Source of the DNA: Callorhinchus milii | Lineage: Eukaryota | Direction: 5' to 3' | NCBI RefSeq assembly: GCF_018977255.1 | Contig: NW_024704742.1 | Coordinates: 37,326,001-37,390,000 of the forward strand | Length of the DNA stretch: 64,000 nt | Part shown: one piece after another, positions 11,506 through 21,789 of the stretch | How the letters are laid out: each line of letters opens with the position of its first letter | Position numbering within the stretch: the first letter of the stretch is position 1 | Program-made: the position numbers and the translations under genes | Notes under the pieces: model-generated | Told to the model about the DNA's origin: nothing | The model's database searches: none | Seen by the model: only the letters and a program-made list of their open reading frames with translations

Positions 11506-13189
11506 AATGTCGACACAGAGATAAATCCAGTTCGGTTTCTGGCTTTCTCGAGTCACCTTTTCAAAAGGCAAAGATCAGTAATTCTGTAGTTCACTAATGC
11601 AATAGCAATAACCAATAGGATTTATTAAAGAAAAGGGTCTTTAATCCCTACGTTTAGAAACAAAAGGGATTATTCACACAGCTAAAGACTTTCATTTAAT
11701 TACATTTCAATTTAATAAATAATAATGTAGTAACTTGGATCGATAACGATTAATCAAGTACTTCTGCTCAAGAATTTACATCTCTAAAAAGAAAAAAAAG
11801 TATGTTTTTAGAACACTGAATGTTACCCTGTCAAAAAAGCACAAAAAAAAGCATTAAAAAAATCCTACACACGCGTGAACACAGTAAAATCTTGAAAAGA
11901 GCTCTGAGATGTTTCAACAATGTTAAAACAATCGAAGAATAATGAAATAATAACAATCTTTGCATTTGATATAGTACCTTTCAGTTGGGAAGATGTTTCA
12001 AACCATTTTGCAGGACTTACTGTAAAGTATAGTGATGAGTATTTGTGGCCAAACACAGCACCAATGTACACACAGCAATCATCTACAAACAGCAATGAAG
12101 TGAATGATCAACTTTATCTGAGGAATTGATGGCCAGGCAGGGGGTATCATGATTTTCAGCTTCGTACAGGTGTAATTTTTAAAATAATCTTTCCACATAT
12201 CATTCAGACTTTACACATGCAGTGTAACGATAATCAATGAGGGAAATTAAGCAAAATAAAACAAAATATCAGAGGCCTGAAATTACAAGCAGTCTTAAGG
12301 TATAGGTATATTTTCTCTTAAAATTTAAGATGGAACAGGATTGTGGAAAATTCTTAAATCCAGTTTTAATTTGGAAGTTGTCTGTAGTTCCTAACACAAA
12401 CTGGCTTCCAAACTAATACTGAAGTGAAAAATTTGCCATAATTCTACACAATCTTAACTTTTAAATTTAAATTTTAACTAAAACTAGGTGGAATGTCGAG
12501 CCTTTTATTAATAATTGCAAAAGGTTAATTCTAACCAAGACCTACGCAAAGGATGCTATAAAAATGTAAGCAGTTGCTGTTGTAACAGCCTGATACTGTA
12601 TTTGACAAAAATCATTCATTATAATGGAAGTTAATAATTATACACAGATGTCTCGAGGAATAATTGTTAGAATTTCCATTTCAAATACTTTCAGAGCTTC
12701 AACTGTGTTTGCAAAGAATTTGTACAAAACGAATTGTAATAGCAGCTCATTCATGGAATTTCCCTGATGTTCACTGAATGTCCTTGATTCCAGCTGAGAC
12801 TTTCATTATTAGAATTTCAGTGTAAAAGAGACCGAGGTCTAGAAAAGTGCAGGAAACTGCACTCTCTGAACAATAAACAAACGTTTGAGACGTGGTCGCT
12901 GAAACTTAATACAGTAATAATAATCCTTGCATTTGATATAGCACATTATCACGTTATCAAGACGTCTCAAAGCACTTCACAGGTCAATAATAATCCTTGC
13001 ATTTAAAATAGCACATTATCAAATATTCAAGATGTCTCAAAACACTTCACAGAATATACTGTAAAGTGAATTGACTGTATATTTTGTGGCGAAGCGTGGC
13101 AGCCAACATTTCACCCTGCCGGGAATTGAACCCAGGTCTCTCACTTGTGAGGCAAATGGTCCTGAGCTATGACTATGTTTGACTATGTT

Positions 13190-13530
13190 TTGTTTTGTGA
13201 GCAAAACGTGGCAACCAGTTGCGCACAACAATCTCCCACAAAGAGCAATGGACTGAGCGACCAATTTTATTTGGGAGATTGTTGGACAGGACACGGGAGA
13301 AACTTCCTCTCTTTTCGAATTGTGCCCTGGGATCTTTAACATCCACCTGAACAGGCAGATGGGACCTTGGTTTAACATCTCATCTGAAGGGTGGCACCTC
13401 CGACAATGAAACACCTCCCCGCGCTGCATTGGAGTGTCACCTTAAACCGTGTGATTCCAAATCCAAACCTGGAGTTTGAATCCACAAACTTCTGACTCAG
13501 AGGCGGGAATGCTACCACTGCGCCAGACAC
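13190..13530 (-). mobile_element. Deu-domain SINE with tRNA-like head
   Basis: Reverse complement tggcgcagtggtagcattcccgcctctgagtcagaag...tgtcggaggtgccacccttcagatgagatgttaaacc...caggtggatgttaaagatccca. Confidence 0.8.
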
Positions 13531-13554
13531 ACAGCCTCCACCTGCTGCTTTTTT

Positions 13555-13650
13555 CCTATGTTCCTATCAATCCAAAAGGTCTGCAATTGACACCATTAAT
13601 AAAGCTTAATGGTGTCAATTGCAGACCTTATGGATTGATAGGAACATGGG
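13555..13650. repeat. Near-perfect inverted repeat (45-bp arms, 6-nt loop)
   Basis: 13555-13599 versus 13606-13650: 43/45 complementary by hand count. Confidence 0.95.
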
Positions 13651-14139
13651 TAAACAGCTATAGGACAAGATCATTCATCAAGTCTGTTTCACCAATTTAT
13701 TGGATTTTGGCAGCTCTTTTCATCCCAGTGCCCTGCATTTTAGCCATCCCTCTTATTATCGGACGCTGAGATGGATGTGCACCTGATCAGCCTTTCTCTT
13801 CATAGAATCACTGAAATAAGTTTGTCAAGTAAACCATTCGACCTACTACATCTGCGCTGTTTTATATCCATATAAAATAAATGACATAGTCCGAATTGTT
13901 TTTGCCTTCAAATTCCTCTTTTAAAAGAATAAACTATGTTGAGAATCTCCTCTTTTCAAATAATGCTATAGGATGTTCAACATCAACCTGAACAGACATC
14001 CTTCAGCACATCACACAGATGGTTTAACATCTAACCACACAGCTTTCTCCGCAATCCTACAACGTGGGACTTGAACCACGAACCTTCCCAGTGTAAGGTG
14101 TTAAAAAAAATGTTTTAATCAGTCCCTGTTTAAAACATA

Positions 14140-14370
14140 GTTTTAGTTGGTTAGATTCCAGCAGTTTCTCAATGCACACCCTGGATTCCCCAAGCCTTGA
14201 CTCTTGCCACCCTGCTCGTAATACTTTCTGGAATTATGGTGGTACGTTGCAACGCTCTAGGGAGTGAGTGGATTCTATTCCAATAAATATCTCTTGAATT
14301 ACTGGAAGATAGGATGGAATATATGAACTCTCAGTGTGGTTTGAATACTCTTAAGCATTCACAGCTTTCA
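14140..14370 (+). repeat. Unclassified dispersed repeat, copy 2 of 4
   Basis: Aligns by eye with 32040-32330, 34150-34435 and the reverse complement of 1-90 (ggttagat/ctccagcagt...taatactttctggaatt...agggagtgagtg). Confidence 0.75.
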
Positions 14371-15329
14371 CAACAAAGTAATTTTCCAGTAACCCATCAA
14401 AGCCACTACACAAACCAGAGTACAAAGCACATCTTGTAATGAATAATAATATAAAATTGACCAGGGAAATGATTAAGAGGCTGTCATCTCCAAATTAAAA
14501 TAACATTTATTTATAATACGTCTGAGAGTAAGCATGGCTCAGGCCAAAAAGAATGATTTCCGTAAGAAAAAAGGCATTTTAACCGAACAAGCAAAGGTTT
14601 TCTCATCACCAATTTTCTCCTCTCTGAAAGATGTTCAACTCCTTTGTTCTTGTACCTGGGTACCAGACAACCTCTTGTACTTCACCCAAATGATCATTAT
14701 TCCGGTGTTAGCCCTGACAGTGAGAATTATGGTAAGGGACTCATGGATCTGTTTTCCTCAGGAAAGCTGCAGCTAGGAACAGTGAAAGCATGTTTACAGA
14801 ACACAAAATTTCAACATGATTGTTGGTAAGACATTGTTCTTGATTACCATGGATGTTGAACCTGTGATATTCAGACTTGTTTAAAACAAACTGCTGGAAT
14901 CTTGAAAAAGGTTGTCAACTTTTGGATATTGGTACCAGAAGATGATTGACTAAAAATATGTTTTTGTGGAGCTGGATGCCAGATGTCTTTATGATGTTAA
15001 TGAGTCTCAACAAAAGAAGAACTAAGTTTTAGAAATGGAGTATCTAACCGCAAATAATTTCGAGGAGGGATATACTGCAATCAACATGCTGATTCCTCAT
15101 CAAAACCATTGTATTTGTCTGACCAATTCCATGTAGTGAACATTATTAACCTGTTGTTAGCATTTGATTTGATGAAACGTATAACTTTGATATGCATATT
15201 TTTACTAATCTTTTATTAAATTGTACTACTTAAAAAGTAGTACAATTTTAGTACAATATACTTCACCACAGTGTCACAAATTTAATTAACCCTTACACGG
15301 CCACTTAATATTGCAATTTAATACAATGC

Positions 15330-16230
15330 AATATTACATTTGTAAAGCGCCTTTCACTTTCAGAAGGATGTCCCAAGGCGCTGAACAGTCAGGGATTAGG
15401 ACCCGAGCGGGTAGTGGGTGGGGGGGGAATTGGAATCAGGGAGTGTGGAGGGCAGAGAAGGCACGGTCAAAGAGGAGGGTCTTGAGGCATGCTTTGAAGG
15501 AGGCAAGGGAGGGAGCGAGGCGAAGGGAACATGGGATGGAGCTCCAAAGGGTGGGGGCAGAGAAGCTGAAGGCCCGACCGCTAATAGTGCCTGAGGTGCG
15601 GAGGCGCTGACGGAGCCAATCAGGAGAGCCTCGGTCTTGCTGACGTTCAACTGTAGAAAGTTGATTCTCATCCAGGACTTGATGTCTGACAGACTTTCTG
15701 TCAGGATTTCAGTTGTCCTGGAGTCGAGGAGTTGTGTGTCATTCACAATAATACAAGAGATACAATTGTGTGGAAGTTGACACCATGTCTGCGGATGATG
15801 TCACCAAGAGGGAGCATGTACAGTTTGAAAAGGAGAGGACCGAGCCCTGAGGAACACTGCACAAGATGGTGTGGAGCTGGAGGAGAAGCCATTTGTGGAG
15901 ACAAAGTGGAGCCAGTGTGAGAGATAGGATAGAACCTTGAAGGTTGAGGTGAAAGGAGAGGTGGTGGAAGGGGATAGAGCGGTCCACTGTATCATAGGCA
16001 GCAGAAAGGTCGAGGAGGACGAGGAGACAAAGGGAGCCCTCGTCACAGGCGGACAGAATATCATCTGTCACTTTGACCAGGATGCTGTGGGCATCACGGA
16101 AACCCGAATGGAGGGGTTCATAAAGGGAGTGGCATGAGAGGAAGGAGGGAAGCTGGGAAGCAACAACCTTGCACAGGAAAGGGAGGTTGGAGATAGGGCA
16201 GTAGTTAGTGAGCAGGGATGGGTCCTGGGA
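15330..16230 (-). mobile_element. L2 LINE fragment with internal deletions
   Basis: [31 protein letters not shown], and an L2 tail. Confidence 0.9.
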
Positions 16231-17844
16231 AGGTTATTTTAGTATAGGTCTTAATAAGGGCTTAATAATCCTAATAATACTTTCACTATGGAAGGACATC
16301 TCAGCAATTCACAGGATTTCACTGTAAAGTGTAGTGATTATTTTGTAGGCAAACTTAATTGGCTGCCGCATATGGCCCACAAAATATACAGTCAATTCAG
16401 CTATAGATATGAGCAGCAATTGGAGATGTTGGGTCTATTTTCATTAGAGCAGAGAATGCTGAAAGCGATCCTGATAGAAGCGTCCAAACTATTAAGGGTT
16501 TTAATAGAGGGAAGCAAATTCTACCATTAGAGGAGTCAGCTGACTAGGTGCCATAGTTATGATAGTCACAGAAAAGTGAAATAACAACTTAGGTAAAATC
16601 TTTTCACTCATAAAAGAAACGTATATATATACATATGTATTATACATACATACACCCACACTTACTTTGGGAGTACTACTAACTTTTTAGGTTAATGGAA
16701 AGTACACAAGTGGAATCACTGACCTCTCTCCTCCCGGACATGTGGTCAATTCCACCCAGGATTGATATTAATATTAAAAATAACAATAATCCTTGCATTT
16801 GATATAGCACCTTATCATGTCATTGAGATGTCTCAAAGTGATAAGAGAATATACTGTAAAGTGTAGTGACTGTGTATTTTGATATATATTATATATCATG
16901 TGTATTTTGATATATGTACATAATTTTAAAAAAATTGGTTATTCAATCCACGACTGTTTGTGAGACACTGCTGTACCCAATTGACTGCCGCATTTTTCCC
17001 ACCAAATATAGTCAATTCACTTTACAGTATATTCTGTGAAGTGCTTTGAGACGTCTCGAAGACATGATAAGGTGCTGTATCAAATGCAAGAATTATCATA
17101 TATATATAAATTGTGATGGGCTGGAACTCGCTTGACTGCTCACTAGTCAATGCTTCTATCTTTTATCTCAACATTTCTAATGATTTACTAATCTTGCAAA
17201 CTCTTTCATCGCAGAAGGGCCTGCTCTCATCAATCCTGAGTTAAATTAGATTAAATCAGCATTGTTCGGCATTTAAGACAAATCTCCAAGTCAAAACGTA
17301 TGACACTAAGGATTGAGAAATACTGCAGAAATGACATCAAAGTTTATAAATTTTTAGGATCAGTTACAACCTGACACCAACAATGAAAGAAACTACATTT
17401 CAATCTTAAATGTTTCCATCAAATATCCGTGTTTAACTTGCGTCTCCGTTTTTCTAAGCAAAAATACACACATTGTACTTAAAGCAGCAATTTACTCCTA
17501 TTTTTTCCTTAAACGTCCTCCCAGAGGTGAGCATTTCTGGAGAGGTTAGTGATCAGGCGTCAACAGCTAAGAGAACAAGAAACACAGCGGATCCTTTTCT
17601 CAGAATCCAAGTCAAATTGCCAGCTATTTTTGTGAGAAAGGAAATTTCCAAAGTTGATGTGGAAATCCCAAACTGCAAACAATGGCTGTGTGGTTGACTG
17701 CCACATGGAACATACAATTCCACTAGGAGAGGATCCTGGAAGCAAAATTATTTAAGTAACGCCCAGCCCGAACAAAACAGAGGGGAATCACAATATTGTC
17801 CATTGATAGAGCAAGCTGCCAGAGAGAGAAAACACGCTTATGAT

Positions 17845-18960
17845 GTATGGCTTCTCCTCCAGCCCCCGCACTGTCACATCTGGCGCCCTCCAGGGCTCTG
17901 TCCTTGGCCCTCCCCTCTTTAATATCTACATGCTCCCCCTTGGTGACATCATCCGCCGACATGGGGTCAACTTTCATATGTATACGGATGACACCCAACT
18001 CTACCTTTCTGCCTCCACCGTCAACTCCAGGACCACTGCTGTCCTGACAGACTGTCTGTCGGACATCAAGTCCTGAATGAGGGCAAATTTCCTACAGTTG
18101 AATGTGAACAAGACTGAGGCCCTCCTGATTGGTTCGCGCCAGCGCCTCAGCACCTCAGGCTCTGGCAGCATCAACCTCCATGGTTGCACACTACAACTCA
18201 CCAGCCAGTCAGGAGCCTGGGTGTCTTGTTCGACCCTCAACTGTCTTTTCTCCCCCACATTCAAGCCATGACCCGCTCTGCCTTCCCTCACCTCCATAAG
18301 ATCACCCGACTCCGCCACTACCTCACCCCTCAGGCCACTGAAACTCTTGTTCATGCCTTCATCACCTCCAGGCTCGACTATGCAAATGCCCTGTTTGTTG
18401 GCCTTCCCAACTCCTCCCTCCACAGACTGCAGATAATCCAGAACTCGGCAGCCCGTGTCCTCATCCGCAACAAACTCTGTGACTCCATCTCCCCCATTCT
18501 CGCCCGACTCCATTGGCTCCCTATCCTTCAGAGGATCCAGTTCAAGATCCTGGTCCTCGCATACAAATCCCTCCATGGCCTCACCCCACCCTACCTCTGC
18601 GATCTCCTAACCCCCTACCAACCCGCCCGCTCCCTCCGCTCAGCCGGCTCTGGCCTGCTCCACGTCCCCCAACCCACCTGCCCCACCATTGGCGGGAGAG
18701 CCTTCAGCCACTCTGCCCCCAACCTCTGGAATTCCATTCCCCCAATCACTCCGCCTCACCCCCTCCTCAGCCTCCTTCAAGTCCCACCTCAAGACCCTCC
18801 TCTTCAACCATCCCATTGGCCACCCCTCTTCCCCTCCCCTCTCTTCTCCCCCCCTGAGTCCAGCTCGGGTCTGAATTGCTGTACTCTATCCTGCGCCTTG
18901 AGACGTCCTCCCGACGTGAAAGGTGCTGTACAAATGTAACCTTGTTGTTGTTGTTGCTGT
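17845..18960 (+). mobile_element. L2 LINE, 5'-truncated (RT C-terminal half plus 3' UTR)
   Basis: [35 protein letters not shown], and a (TTG)n tail; frameshifted. Confidence 0.95.
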
Positions 18961-20529
18961 CACTGAGAGCATAATACGCACAGACTTTTGCCCACATAGG
19001 AAATACAGGGCAGGAACCCATGTGTGTGTGTGTGGCACAATCCTGGTGTCCTGGCGACCTGATCTGCCTCCAGCAACACTTACTAACCACACAGGATTCT
19101 GCATCAGCTGCTTTCCGGATCACTGAGTAACTGTACTGTCATTTTAAACCAGTTTCACACAGGAGTAACAACACCCTTAACCTGATCTGGAGGGAGAGGC
19201 TGAGCAGCTGAGCTTTTTGACCTTTAAAAGTGAAAACGCAGCAGCAAGTTTAATGCAACTGTTAGAAATGAAAGGGGGGACTTGTGCACTGATGGTGTGT
19301 CCCCCACACACACACCCCCCCCCAAAAAAAAAGTGAATGATCTGGAAATCACCATCTCCCCCATTGGGGCTGTTAAAGCCCACGATGCTATTTGATTCAC
19401 AAGATCCCCAGACACACTCGCCTCAGTGCAAACGTGCAACAGCTGGTTGGGGGTTTTGTTTCGCTTTTAACATTGGAGTGCAACAGCTGGAGTCCAGATT
19501 CCACCTTCTTCAAGATCAGTCCCGAGGAGTCAGTGATGCCACTCTCCCAATGCAATCCTCCACGTGAAAGCTTCTGCTGGGAGTGTTTCACGTCTGTTTA
19601 ACCCCAAAGGGTTTGTTCTCGCATCTAAGCAACCGAAGAAAGAAAGCAGTGGGACATTTGTGCAGCCTGACCTTGCTCTGTGAGGCTCTCCGAGTGCCTG
19701 CAAAATAGCCTGAGCTCATCCACCTCTGCACTCAATGCAACGTGAGCAGCAGCCACTGGGCAGCACGTAACAAGCTCACATCTGTGACGTTCCCCCCTCC
19801 ACCAACCACCCCCCCAACCACCCCTCCCCATCTCTCTGCCTCCAGATTTACTGGATTTAAGTAACATTTCAGTGCCTCCAGAAGTTCAGCAAACTCAGCT
19901 CAGCCTCGGTTTTCGAGCGTGCAACCGGTGAAAGAAATTTACAGAAACCCAGCTTCCAAAGCAAGGCTGCACACTGTACTTGCTAACTTCTGGATGGTTC
20001 GGAGATGCTGGATACATCATGTGAATCTGGGTCCAGGTGAAGCACCATGCCAACTCAACTTGGTTAATAAGCCTTATATATGATACTGCACTCTTCACAT
20101 TGGGAGGATACCTCAAAGCACTTCACGGAATTTACCGCAGAGTGAAGTGACTCTGTATTTTGTAGGCAAATACAGCAGGCAATTTGCGCAGAATGATGTC
20201 CCACAAACATCTGACAAGTGCAAGTTTAAACCTTTGAATATGTTCTGTATGAGTGTGAGATATAGTGAAATTCAATTAATTGCACACTCCATTTGACAGT
20301 CAAACCTATCCGATAAACCGGACTTGCATTCATTTCAATGTCATATGATGTGTGTTTATGAATTGAAATTCTACTTTCTATTTAGTCAATTTAAATGATT
20401 TTAATTAATAAAGAGCATCTCAGTTTCTTTTCACTTTCATTTACATACAGCAATATATCCACATTGCCACACCAAGCCAACAACAATAAGTCCACGAACA
20501 TGATCACATATAACAAACGACGAAAGAAA

Positions 20530-21020
20530 CTGTGAAGACGGGGAAGGAGGAGGCAAGGCAGAGAGACTGAGGAAAAGAGTTCCACAGTTTCTGGGAGTAG
20601 TGGCTGAAAGCACGGCCACCGATGGCGGAGCAGAGGGGACGAGGGATGTGCAGGAGACTGAGCGATTTGGGGAGTAAGCAGGTCGGAGAGGTAGGGAGAT
20701 GCCAGGGTATGAAGTGATTTGTAAATGAGTGAGAATCTTGAATAGGGAGCTAATGGAGTCTGGCGAGGACTGGGGTGAATGGGATACAGAGCTTTGAATG
20801 AAATGGCTTTTATGAATGGTGGAGCTGGGGAGACCAGCAAGGAGAGAATGATCAAGGCAGGAGGTGATGAATGTGAGGATAAGGGTTTCGGCTGGCCTGG
20901 GTGTGAGGTACAGTTGGAGGCAGGCAATGTAAGGGTAGTGGATGGAATCGGCTCTGGTCAGGGACTGGATTTGGAATATGAAGGACAGCTGGAATTAAAT
21001 CTGACTCCTTGGTGACAAAC
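20530..21020 (-). mobile_element. Old degraded L2 fragment
   Basis: Residual IYKSLH.LASPYLSDLL motif in ORF 20391..20927. Confidence 0.7.
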
Positions 21021-21332
21021 AGGTTTGGCAGGTTAAAGAGGTCAGTTTGTTTGATATACAGCTTGATGCAGTTATAGGAAGATGGGAAGGTGGGTATCCT
21101 GAAGGGATGAGATCAGATAGGCTGAAGGCCTTCTTCATCCAAAGACCTTGCGGTGAAGCTCTGTTTAGCAGTACGAGAGAGCGAACTTAAAGTTGGGGAG
21201 ATCTTTCAATGGATACAAAGAAACTCTGTTGAAGATGTGAACCACTCCTGGACATTGGTCCCACACAATAATATCACTACCTCAAGAACTTCATGTCCAA
21301 ATTTTGGACTTTACCATTATTTCAAAGACTCC

Positions 21333-21467
21333 TTGCCTGTGCAAACAAAGTGGAAATCTTTGCAATTTGGAGGAATCCTGTGAAGTGCCTTTCAAGTCGG
21401 GATGTCTCAAAGCACTTCACAGGATTCTTCCAAAATGCCAAAATTTCCAACTTGTTTGCACAGGCAA
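21333..21467. repeat. Inverted repeat (56-bp arms, 23-nt spacer derived from a SINE/L2 tail)
   Basis: 21333-21388 versus 21412-21467: 50/56 complementary by hand count. The mirror-image ORFs 21293+ and 21322- reflect this symmetry. Confidence 0.95.
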
Positions 21468-21789
21468 ATCTTTCACACTCAGAACATATACTATTCGTGG
21501 CCATCTTCACTGATTCACATTTTTTAAATTCTTGAATAGGACAGATTTCTCAGTATAAAATTCTTCAAAATCTAGTAATAGTGTAATGGTTATCCAGGTA
21601 CAACAACCTGTCGGTATAGTTCATTCCCGTGTTTGATATTCACATGTAAAAATAATCCAGTCGCACATATAATGAAATTTAGCACTTATCTGTTCAAGTT
21701 ACATATTCCTTCCTAACTGGTTTTCTATATAATAATAACACAAAAGTACAAACATACATCAAATAGAATATAAAAATAATCAAGATAAC

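Noticed and set aside
17560..17580. Possible selenoprotein Cys-Sec ending (TGT TGA)
   Set aside because: No recognisable selenoprotein homology or SECIS element, and the ORF itself is unsupported.
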